A stretch of 64,000 bases of DNA from a virus. Taxonomy: Duplodnaviria > Caudoviricetes. This document shows, piece after piece, positions 55,503 to 64,000 of this stretch (within the stretch, counting starts at the first letter, position 1; each line of letters begins with the position of its first letter). The notes beneath the pieces are model-generated. The model saw nothing but the letters and a program-made list of their open reading frames with translations. It was not told where the DNA came from and made no database searches. Both the position numbers and the translations under genes were made by a program. The stretch is from IMG/VR virus record IMGVR_UViG_3300008954_000001. One strand, 5' to 3'.

Positions 55503-58500
55503 TTAGCCTTCCTCATCTCCAAGGACATTCACATCAGTTGTCCATGCTGTGCCATCAGCGGTTTCCACATCAAAACTCAACTTGATATTACCGACCCAAG
55601 CTCCCGCACCAAGGGTGCCTTGCAGATTTCCACCTAAAGAGTTGTTGTTCGACGCATTGCCGGGACCTACGGCTACTTCAAGGTAAACCCTTGCTCCCGG
55701 AGGTAGCATTGATCCCGATGCGGCGGGGATACCGTAGCGTTCAAGGATTAACTCAAGCCAGTTACCCACCCGCATTTGTCGAAGCATCTCTGAACTCTCG
55801 ATAGGAACCGCTTCAAGGGTTTCGAGTTGACGACCATACCTACCAACTCGGAGGCGAGGATCGTTGTAATCAAGTTTTGGATTACCGGGTTGCTCAGTTG
55901 CCTTTCTGGGATGAATAGGCAACCTTGCCAAGAGACCTGACCCAACCTCTCCCATTGGCTCATGGTAAAAATCACCAACGGGAGTAAGCGCAATCGTGAA
56001 CCCGTGTGGGCATGAGTAGCCCGCTTCCAGGTTAGACTCGGCATAACTACCTGCTTCCGCTGTCGGAGGCGGGGGCATCGTTCCTGAGTGGGCCACAGTA
56101 AGACCCGTAAGGGTCGCCGCTGACAAAGACTGTGGATAGAAACCGGAGAACGCTTTCCCGTGAGGAATCAAACCACTTGTAAAGGCAGACCGTAGTCCCC
56201 CACCCGTCCTTGACTGTCGTGGGAAAACAGATGCTTGTACCCGACTGTACTTCGCATGACTAAAGACACCATCCAATTCTGTGGCATCATCTTTCCAACG
56301 AGCGAAGTCCATCCCGCCCCAAAGTACGGGGTTATAGGAGTTCACAAACAGGCCCTTATTAGCGTCCTGCATGTGAGCGGGAATGGCGAGCCAAAGGTCG
56401 GGAATATCCCACGAATGTAAGTGACCACTCAATCCCATCGAACCTGACCCCGCAAGGGTATTAGGGTCAAAGTAACTGAGGTCGTCTGGTCTTTCTGAAG
56501 CTGTGCCGAACCCGTACTCATAGAAACCACCAGACCAATCGGGCGTAGGGTTCCTGACGGGAGCGTTAAACTCATAGCTCTTCCTTGCGACTATGCTTGG
56601 TTTCGGACCAACCGTCACAAAGCGTTCCATGGTGTTTGGCATCATGTCACCAGCTTCACGGTTGCAATACAAAGGTACTACAATCGTTCCGCCGGGGAAT
56701 CTTTGTTGATGTGGGTCGTGCCTTGTCAGGCTGTTTGAATTGTGGGTGGTCGAAGCTGTGGGAGCACGGCCACCAAACGGGAACCCGCTGTTTCCTGAGG
56801 ATTTCGCAAAGTCGCTGCCATCATTGGCATCCCAAACTCGTGCTTGCGATCCTGGGATCTCCAAAATCAAGTTGAAGGCCATATACTGAGGGTCTAAAAC
56901 ATCGGCCCCCATCGCAGTGTTGGTTTCTAACGATGGTAGATAGCCGGGGGTTTCCCAAGGACGACGATCTCCACCAAGACCCGATGTTGCCGCTGGGTCA
57001 TTACCCCATACTCCGAAGTTCACCCAAAGACGGTTGAGTCGAACGCCTCGTGGTGCTCGCCCCGGATGTGGGCTGTTCAACCCTGATCCTGGAGCAATCG
57101 CTTGCGTAAAGGCTTCCGTCAAATCCACCTTCAAGGTTGGGGGTGGGTGATCCGCACCCGGCCCATTGGAAGCCCAAGCGGGCTGGTATAACTGCCACCA
57201 CTCACCTGCGGGCGACCACATATAAGTAGAGTCAATCGGAGTTAGCCATTCGGGGTTCGGAGCGGACCAACCTCCAAGTCCAAGCAGCCCCTCCATAAAC
57301 ACCTCTAAAACCAGCTTCAGAATATCCATCAGCTTTTCAATGAAAGCGACGACCAACCAAACCAGTTCGTAGATGATGTTTTCCAATACCAAGAGCTTCG
57401 CATACGCAATTTCAATTGCTTGGTCGGCGGAGATTGTTGTGCTCTCGAAGGCGTTAAGCAAGAACTCAAGAGTGTTACCCCCGTGGATCACAGCAGCGGC
57501 TTCGGCGGCCACCTGAGCCGCTTTATTTGCAAGGTCATTACTGATATCCGTAGCCCATCTGCTCGCCACATCGAGCATTGACGAATAGCAATAATCATCC
57601 AAAGCTGGGGACTCGAATTGTCCCAACATCGCTGGAAATACAAAATCCCAATCGCCCAAGGCGTACATATCGGCACTATGGTCAATCCAATCTGTATGCT
57701 TGAACTTATTCTTTAAGCGATTGAAGTCATTCTCGGCCAAGGCTTGTGCGGTGGTTGCGTCTGCCAGTTGGTCATTAAGAAGAGTAATCTGATCGTTGAG
57801 GAGCGTAAGATGCTCCATGAGTTCGAGCTTTTCTTGCTCCTTCTCCATTTTGTCTGCAAGCATCATGTTACGCACATGGACATGCTTTTGCAGATCCTGT
57901 TGGTGAGCCTTTCGATCCTGTAACAGAGTCCACACAGTCATGTCGTTAGCGTAGTGGTCAGCTTCGTGGTCGCTGTTCCAATCGTAGTTCGTCTGAAGGT
58001 CATCCTCGATTGCTTGAATCATGGTTTCGAGATTATCGATAATGGTGTCTTCTGCGGCGATCAGAGTAGCGAGGTTAGCAAGAATCGTGTCGATAGCAGA
58101 GATCTGAGCCGTTACTGTACTTGCGTCGGCAGTTGTCGCCGTAAGCTCTGCGGTAATCTGGAAAACGAGCTTCGTCGCCGCAACCAAATCCTCATCCGCT
58201 TTCTTTAGATAAAGCTCAAGAGCATCTTTCTTGGTCTTAAGATAGTCGATCCAAGATAGGACTTCTTGTTTGTCGCCTTTTAGATCCTCTAATTCGGCCA
58301 CTAAAATGTGGTAGTTGGCACTGACGGGATCTGCCAGACAAGCCTTTAGTAGTTGATCTGCGACAATAAGGTTGAAGAATTCAGTCAGTAGTTGGAGAAG
58401 AGCGGCGGCCAAATCCATTAAGGCCGTCAGCATCGGGCCAACAATCATGGCTACAATGTCGCCTACGAGCTGAATCATTTCAGCGGCGAGGATGGCTCCC

Positions 58501-61500
58501 TCCGCAGCCACTTCAGCGAGAACATTGGCAATCGGCTTCATGTCGAAGTTGGCATTATTGATCTCAACTCGACTGTCGTAATACCCCCCTGTTGGAGATA
58601 TGTAGCCCTTACTTTGAGTAATGATCTTTTCCAGCACGTTCATGCTGTCGAATCGGGTCATGTCCGTCCGACTGACAAGCTGCCAAGGCTCCATGGCAAA
58701 CGAGGTTTCGGGGGCAGTGAGCGTTCCAGGCATCCCGATAGCGAGACCGGGGCCTACACCTTGCGGCCCTTGTACTGAACCAGTACTGAGTTCGGAGCGG
58801 CCACGACTCATGACAGTCGAGGATTTTGCGCTCGAAGGAGAGACCGTAATGATCTTTTCACGGGCGATTGGCTGGAGGGCGTAGCGAACTGGGAAATGCA
58901 CCCCGCCTGTTTCACCCAATACCGAAGGTTCGTCCGTATCAGGCCAGCTTCCATGCACTCCCAAGGGGGCATACATGATAGGCCGACTAAATCCCGTGTC
59001 GTCACCCTTTACGGTTGCGGCGAGATACCTGTTGTTACTGAATTCTGGGAAGAAGGTTTCGCAATCCCCACCAAGAAGCAATTTGGTCGTGGTAGGACAA
59101 CGATTGATTCGGAAGATATCTGTTCGGAGATCAAGTCGCCCTTTATTCTTTTGGACATCCAACGCTCGCTGATGGCCCGAAGTCCATGTCGAGTCGATCT
59201 GCATCTCGGTGGTTTGCCCTGCGATCCGTTGAGAATCAAGGATACTGCCGAAACGGTGAATGTGGGGCCGAGTGAGATGTACATAGGAACCCGCATTTTC
59301 TTCTGAAAGCGGGTGTGAAAATACCCAACGCAACCCTCGTGCGGCACTCTGTACGGGCATTAGCGGGAAAACAAGATCGGTGTCTTCAGTGGTGTTCGGG
59401 TTGTAGATACCCGCCGGGTCTTGGCTCAAGTACCCAATATACGGCATGGGGAGAGCATTGTTTCGATCTCCAACTGACCGATCCACACCACAAGAATGAC
59501 CAATATCTTTCGAGAACCCGACAACATGCGGCCCGTCATAAACATCATAAGAGATAGACTCTGGGGACGTGTACGGCAGATAAGGGGCTAAGGCTCCCGT
59601 GGGTACGCCCACTTGAGCCACATCCCTTCGTGTGCGCCAATGGACTTGGAAGCAAGCAGACCCGCCTACAACTCGGTCATAAACAGGGTAGGACTCGCTC
59701 AGTCCAATCGATTCCAGTGCCGCTAAGTCGTAGTGGGCCGATAGAACATCTCCCTTTACGTTCCACACTACGAACCCATTTCCAGCGTTGATGCCGGGGA
59801 ATACCGTTTCTAAAAAGAGCACCCCATTAGATTCGGACCTACCATTCAGGAAATTAGCCGCAAGCTCACTGGTGAGAGCTACGGGTGCCGCCGTTGGCCA
59901 ATCGGTGTTGTCACCACAGACACCAGCCAAGACCATATCTGCCTTGCTGATTGAAGTTGAAAACAGAAGGGGGTTCTGACCAAATCCGTCAAAAGCACCG
60001 CCATAGGGGGCTGGCTGGTTTACCTCTCCCGCTAAGTGGAAGTTTAGGTACAGGTTGTCATAAGACGGCAACAACCATTCTTGATCCCCGTGGACTACCG
60101 GGGTACTGCGCCGACACAAGCCAAAGTGACCCATTTGATCGCCACAGTTAGTGTGGCGATCTGAAATACTCGATACATACGGAGCACGAGGACGCAGCGG
60201 GAACCAACCCGTATGGTCATCAGAACGAGTTCCTTTAGGCTTCATAGACAACGGCACTCGTTGGGAGTCGTCGCAGTTGTACTTTCTGAGAAGGGCTACG
60301 GATTTTACCTTTGCGGTATGTTCGGGGTGGACATAAAGACCACGACCATCTCGCAAATCTGCTCGGTCAACTACCTGCCAATCCTCAACCACATCGATGA
60401 TTGTGTACCAACCAGTGTGTGCATAGGTGTGGGTGCCGCAAACATACAACATGCGACCCACATCGCCTTCCCCTGTTTCGGGGGAGGGGGCAACAAACCT
60501 GTGGTTCAAGTCGTAAAAGACAGCATCCCCTTGAAGTGCCGTTTTTACCCAATAATCTCCAGTTCGACCTGTCTCAAATCGCCAATAAGCAGGCTCGGAC
60601 AACCCTCCTGAAACACCTCTTGGCCCCAACACTGGAACAAACTCAACATTAGGGGTGATCCTCATGTTGTGGCCAGAAAGAGGTCGTCGGACGAATCGCC
60701 TGTCTACTCGATCCCCAAAACCGTTCGCAAGACCCTTCTCGGAGAAAGGCTCTCGATCCACATCGGGATCGAAGTTCTCAGAAATATCGTAGACCACTTC
60801 AGGTGCGGCATACCGTATAAAGGGCGTTAGGGGATCAATCGGATTGAAGTATGGGACTTTCCGAACACTCTGAGCAACCAAAGAGCCGTTCGTCGGTGAA
60901 CGAACACCGTCTCCCAAGATACCTAAACTGGTACTTGCGTTTTTCAAGTTCTGGAAGCGGCCTGTCGCACCCACAGTGTAGAAGGTGCCGTTTGTGGTGT
61001 CTTCTACCACCATCCCATCCAGCAACCGCATCTGCACTAATGCGGTATCCTTATTGAAAAAACCGGGATCTTCACGACTAATCGCATGTCGGTAGGCTTG
61101 TGAGATCGCTCCAGGTTGACCGAAGTGTGTGTAGTGACCTCGGTCGAAAATACTAAGACACGGGGCGTTGGTGTTCGCCGGGTTGGAAAACTGACCCGCC
61201 CCGAATACGGAATCCGCTTGGAAAACCGCCGAAGCATTGAACCCGAAGGGGGAGATATCCAAGCGAGCGTTCGGGAGAGTGGCGGATGGTGGTAGACCGC
61301 CTACACCGTCTTCAACATAGATCGAACTGATTGTTGCGTTGACAAACTCATAAAGAGGAATGTCAGTCGGGGTGATACCGCCGCCAGATGCGTGTTTCGT
61401 GGGGTCTCCCATAAGGTTCTGGTTGGCTCGGAATTCACCTCTACCTGTTGGGCCTTGTGGGAGAAGTAAAACTTCTCCTTGGACAGGAATCCCCATCCCG

Positions 61501-64000
61501 GCGATGCCAGAACGATTGTGACTCCCTACACGAGATTTGCGATACGGGTTCATCCCCGTTGCATCGAGAGATCGGAAGGCCCTTTCGTAAACTGCCGTAC
61601 CTGGGGTACGGAAGACCAGACCAGAGCTAATATGGGGGAACAGCGTATCGCTGATCCCTAAGCCCAAGCTCTTTTGGATCGCACGAGACTTAAATTCTCG
61701 TGAACCACTGTAATTTCCGTGGATAACACTTATCCCTGCCGTACTGCCCGACGCTGCTGTGTAAACAGTCAGCATATCAAGGGCCATGTTGCCGCTTACT
61801 GCGGGGCCAGAGTACACTTGTGAAGCGGCTTCGGCGGCCAGCATGTTTGCAGCCAAACCTTGAGCCGCCCAAGGGCTTTCAAAAACAATGCGACCTTGAG
61901 GATTAGCCACAGACAGTTCCCCATGGAACTCTGCGGTATTGAAGGTAGAGGGTAGCTCCACTCCAACATCAGCGGGTTTCAAGCCATTGTAGAAAGGCCA
62001 TGCCCCTCGTCCCCAAACCGTCATTTGGCCGATGCTTTCGACCTGTCGGGATCGGGGCGTTGCTCGGAAAGCGGTTGCTTGAACTAAGCCCAAACCACCA
62101 TCCATAATAACGCCGGGACCAAGCCGTCTTGGGTATCCAAGATGGTTGACCCGCCCTGTTTCGGGGTCTACTACAAACTCGCCTTTAGCGTTGTCGCTTG
62201 CAGCCCCATCCAGCAGTCCAGCGGAATCCGCCAGCACCACCATCCTTGCAGAAAAGGGAACTGTTTGAACATTGTATTCTTCATCTTCGCCCATAAACGC
62301 TGCATCGTTTACCGCAAAGAAAGCTCGACTGAAGTGCTGTCCGAAACGCCCAACTTGGTCGTGAACCCCTAAAAGCTCACAGCCAGTTTGCTCGAACAAC
62401 GGTGCATTACCGGAGTCCGCCGCATAACCTTCAGTATTATGGGAAGCGGGGTGTTGATAGCTCGCAAGGAGTGGGATCAATTCAGCCGATAGGGAGGACT
62501 TTCCAGCCACAAGCTGCGGATCAAGCGTCAGGCCCCGCAAAGACATCGGAGCACCTGTTGGAGACCCACCGGGGTCTACGACATCCGCTGTCATAATCGC
62601 ATGAGCACCTAAACGGTCTCGGAAAACGCCCCAAAATAGTCCGTCGCCCGCCAGTTGCCAATCATCTCCGATTGGTGACGGTGTTACCGGAGCGAAGGAA
62701 CTGAGTTTAGCGGGCTTGAAATCATCAAGATTCTTTCTCTTAAAGCCCTCAATCCGAATCAAAAGGGTTGCCACCACTTGTGATTCACGCTGACGACCGG
62801 GGCTTAAAGCGTCATCCCGTCCAGAAGGCCGACCTAAAGGCTGGTGCATGTTGGGGGCATCTGAAAGCGGTCGAGTATTCGTAAGCACCGGAGCGGATAC
62901 AATACGGAATAAGCCTGTGGACCATTTCTCAGAATTAGTTCCAAAACTGGGCGGGGAAATCTTCGTGTTTGAAGTAATCGGCTCATCCGACAACCGTAGA
63001 TAAGAACCAACCAAAGAAGGCATCAAAATCGGCGGCTGAGAGGCCAATCCCATTTGGCCTACATGATAACCAAGCTGACCCGTACTTAAAGCGGCGTGGC
63101 CTGCGGCGGAAATGCCCGTAACAGGGTCGCCCAACCAATCCGCAACCCAATCCCCGCCCGCTGCCCCTCGTAAGGCCAATAGGTCTGCGCCTGTCAAAGC
63201 GATTTGAATCGTAGTTTCCTGAATCACCACCCCATCAGGAGCTAATGTCGTTAGCTTACTTGGAAGGTGACCTGCGGAAACATCGAATCGCCCCGAAATT
63301 TCTCCGCCGCTTCGAGGAAATGCTGTCGCATACCGAGAGCGAAGGGGGCGAACATTTCGCAACCAGAGGTGAGCATCACCACTGATTCGGATACCACCAA
63401 CACCACCAACACGAGGAGCCTCATTAGAAATTCCGTGGGTGCTGGCTACCGCTGTGTTCTTTCGTTTACGGTCGGTCCAATAACCTTGAGTGTCTAAGCC
63501 GCCATCACTGGAAAGTACGGAGGCTGTCGTTTTGAAAGAGGCTTTCGCCATCCCACCCAAAGTGGTTGTGAAGGCACCAGCTTCTAAGTACACCGAGGAC
63601 TGACTAAAATCTTGTGGTGCAAGAGAGTCCGGGCGGTAGCCGTGAATAACATTGTGAAGGGCAAGGCCCGTAGGTTCTAATGCCCCCATTGAAGAGAACA
63701 AGGAAACCCTGCCCGCCCCAACCAATACGGAAGAAGGAGTGGTGGATGTCCCACCAGATAGCCCCTGATCTTTGACAGAAACATCCATGTTCCTGTTGTG
63801 GACCAGATGGGCTACGGCGGCATGTGTGCCGCCCAAGGGAGAAGGAACAATAGAAACACTTGTTGTCAGCGTCCCCCACAAAGACCCGAAGGAAGATAAG
63901 GGGAGAACTTGATCAGGACTCGTAATCGCTGTGGGGTCGAACCCCGCCGTGACACCAGCACCCCTTACAAGAGAAGTGCTGTTACGAGGACCAGCTAAAA
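55503..64000 (-). CDS. Giant virion-type protein (>2830 aa), 5'-truncated by the window edge; contains a long helical insert
   Basis: The frame has no stop between 63881 and 64000, so the true start lies outside the window; Gly/Pro/aromatic beta-rich composition. Confidence 0.75.
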   Translation of the reverse strand, partial: LAGPRNSTSLVRGAGVTAGFDPTAITSPDQVLPLSSFGSLWGTLTTSVSIVPSPLGGTHAAVAHLVHNRNMDVSVKDQGLSGGTSTTPSSVLVGAGRVSLFSSMGALEPTGLALHNVIHGYRPDSLAPQDFSQSSVYLEAGAFTTTLGGMAKASFKTTASVLSSDGGLDTQGYWTDRKRKNTAVASTHGISNEAPRVGGVGGIRISGDAHLWLRNVRPLRSRYATAFPRSGGEISGRFDVSAGHLPSKLTTLAPDGVVIQETTIQIALTGADLLALRGAAGGDWVADWLGDPVTGISAAGHAALSTGQLGYHVGQMGLASQPPILMPSLVGSYLRLSDEPITSNTKISPPSFGTNSEKWSTGLFRIVSAPVLTNTRPLSDAPNMHQPLGRPSGRDDALSPGRQRESQVVATLLIRIEGFKRKNLDDFKPAKLSSFAPVTPSPIGDDWQLAGDGLFWGVFRDRLGAHAIMTADVVDPGGSPTGAPMSLRGLTLDPQLVAGKSSLSAELIPLLASYQHPASHNTEGYAADSGNAPLFEQTGCELLGVHDQVGRFGQHFSRAFFAVNDAAFMGEDEEYNVQTVPFSARMVVLADSAGLLDGAASDNAKGEFVVDPETGRVNHLGYPRRLGPGVIMDGGLGLVQATAFRATPRSRQVESIGQMTVWGRGAWPFYNGLKPADVGVELPSTFNTAEFHGELSVANPQGRIVFESPWAAQGLAANMLAAEAASQVYSGPAVSGNMALDMLTVYTAASGSTAGISVIHGNYSGSREFKSRAIQKSLGLGISDTLFPHISSGLVFRTPGTAVYERAFRSLDATGMNPYRKSRVGSHNRSGIAGMGIPVQGEVLLLPQGPTGRGEFRANQNLMGDPTKHASGGGITPTDIPLYEFVNATISSIYVEDGVGGLPPSATLPNARLDISPFGFNASAVFQADSVFGAGQFSNPANTNAPCLSIFDRGHYTHFGQPGAISQAYRHAISREDPGFFNKDTALVQMRLLDGMVVEDTTNGTFYTVGATGRFQNLKNASTSLGILGDGVRSPTNGSLVAQSVRKVPYFNPIDPLTPFIRYAAPEVVYDISENFDPDVDREPFSEKGLANGFGDRVDRRFVRRPLSGHNMRITPNVEFVPVLGPRGVSGGLSEPAYWRFETGRTGDYWVKTALQGDAVFYDLNHRFVAPSPETGEGDVGRMLYVCGTHTYAHTGWYTIIDVVEDWQVVDRADLRDGRGLYVHPEHTAKVKSVALLRKYNCDDSQRVPLSMKPKGTRSDDHTGWFPLRPRAPYVSSISDRHTNCGDQMGHFGLCRRSTPVVHGDQEWLLPSYDNLYLNFHLAGEVNQPAPYGGAFDGFGQNPLLFSTSISKADMVLAGVCGDNTDWPTAAPVALTSELAANFLNGRSESNGVLFLETVFPGINAGNGFVVWNVKGDVLSAHYDLAALESIGLSESYPVYDRVVGGSACFQVHWRTRRDVAQVGVPTGALAPYLPYTSPESISYDVYDGPHVVGFSKDIGHSCGVDRSVGDRNNALPMPYIGYLSQDPAGIYNPNTTEDTDLVFPLMPVQSAARGLRWVFSHPLSEENAGSYVHLTRPHIHRFGSILDSQRIAGQTTEMQIDSTWTSGHQRALDVQKNKGRLDLRTDIFRINRCPTTTKLLLGGDCETFFPEFSNNRYLAATVKGDDTGFSRPIMYAPLGVHGSWPDTDEPSVLGETGGVHFPVRYALQPIAREKIITVSPSSAKSSTVMSRGRSELSTGSVQGPQGVGPGLAIGMPGTLTAPETSFAMEPWQLVSRTDMTRFDSMNVLEKIITQSKGYISPTGGYYDSRVEINNANFDMKPIANVLAEVAAEGAILAAEMIQLVGDIVAMIVGPMLTALMDLAAALLQLLTEFFNLIVADQLLKACLADPVSANYHILVAELEDLKGDKQEVLSWIDYLKTKKDALELYLKKADEDLVAATKLVFQITAELTATTADASTVTAQISAIDTILANLATLIAAEDTIIDNLETMIQAIEDDLQTNYDWNSDHEADHYANDMTVWTLLQDRKAHQQDLQKHVHVRNMMLADKMEKEQEKLELMEHLTLLNDQITLLNDQLADATTAQALAENDFNRLKNKFKHTDWIDHSADMYALGDWDFVFPAMLGQFESPALDDYCYSSMLDVASRWATDISNDLANKAAQVAAEAAAVIHGGNTLEFLLNAFESTTISADQAIEIAYAKLLVLENIIYELVWLVVAFIEKLMDILKLVLEVFMEGLLGLGGWSAPNPEWLTPIDSTYMWSPAGEWWQLYQPAWASNGPGADHPPPTLKVDLTEAFTQAIAPGSGLNSPHPGRAPRGVRLNRLWVNFGVWGNDPAATSGLGGDRRPWETPGYLPSLETNTAMGADVLDPQYMAFNLILEIPGSQARVWDANDGSDFAKSSGNSGFPFGGRAPTASTTHNSNSLTRHDPHQQRFPGGTIVVPLYCNREAGDMMPNTMERFVTVGPKPSIVARKSYEFNAPVRNPTPDWSGGFYEYGFGTASERPDDLSYFDPNTLAGSGSMGLSGHLHSWDIPDLWLAIPAHMQDANKGLFVNSYNPVLWGGMDFARWKDDATELDGVFSHAKYSRVQASVFPRQSRTGGGLRSAFTSGLIPHGKAFSGFYPQSLSAATLTGLTVAHSGTMPPPPTAEAGSYAESNLEAGYSCPHGFTIALTPVGDFYHEPMGEVGSGLLARLPIHPRKATEQPGNPKLDYNDPRLRVGRYGRQLETLEAVPIESSEMLRQMRVGNWLELILERYGIPAASGSMLPPGARVYLEVAVGPGNASNNNSLGGNLQGTLGAGAWVGNIKLSFDVETADGTAWTTDVNVLGDEEG

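Noticed and set aside
1-64000. CRISPR array, tRNA or rRNA genes
   Set aside because: No regularly spaced repeat-spacer series and no cloverleaf with T-loop GTTCRA recognised by eye; tRNAscan-SE would be needed to exclude atypical tRNAs.
1-64000. Alternative genetic code (stop-codon recoding)
   Set aside because: Long, motif-complete ORFs end at TAA, TAG and TGA under the standard code with tight coupling.

Overview
This window is a 64-kb segment of a large dsDNA bacteriophage genome (jumbo-type, standard genetic code, tightly packed and often ATGA-coupled ORFs). No capsid, portal, terminase, tRNA or CRISPR was recognised. Host-like envelope genes (a CglF/GltF-like protein and a Cys/Asp-repeat vWA lipoprotein) point, by inference, to a Myxococcota-type deltaproteobacterial host. 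Layout: (1) 0.7-4.8 kb small early-type genes behind a repeated GGGGGCTRAT-N12-CGGTA element; (2) 4.8-10.7 kb two type IB topoisomerase fusion proteins, one carrying zincin, 2H phosphoesterase and HAD domains; (3) 11.5-17.5 kb minus-strand envelope cassette (CglF-like, vWA lipoprotein, trypsin-like lipoprotein) plus a metallophosphoesterase; (4) deoxynucleoside kinase, probable virion cargo proteins and a UvrD helicase; (5) 29-41 kb replication operon (SNF2, loader-like protein, DnaB-like helicase, stand-alone primase Zn finger, family A polymerase) interrupted by six tandem paralogous ORFs that look like only the variable internal segment of beta-class N4/N6 DNA methyltransferases; (6) GMP reductase and very large virion-type proteins, the last running off the window. 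Top leads: the six-module array, the TopIB-zincin-2H-HAD fusion, a shared [RK]VAx[RK][YFW] peptide tag in unrelated proteins, and the gliding-motility-like cassette. All family assignments come from motif recognition by eye; no database search was run.
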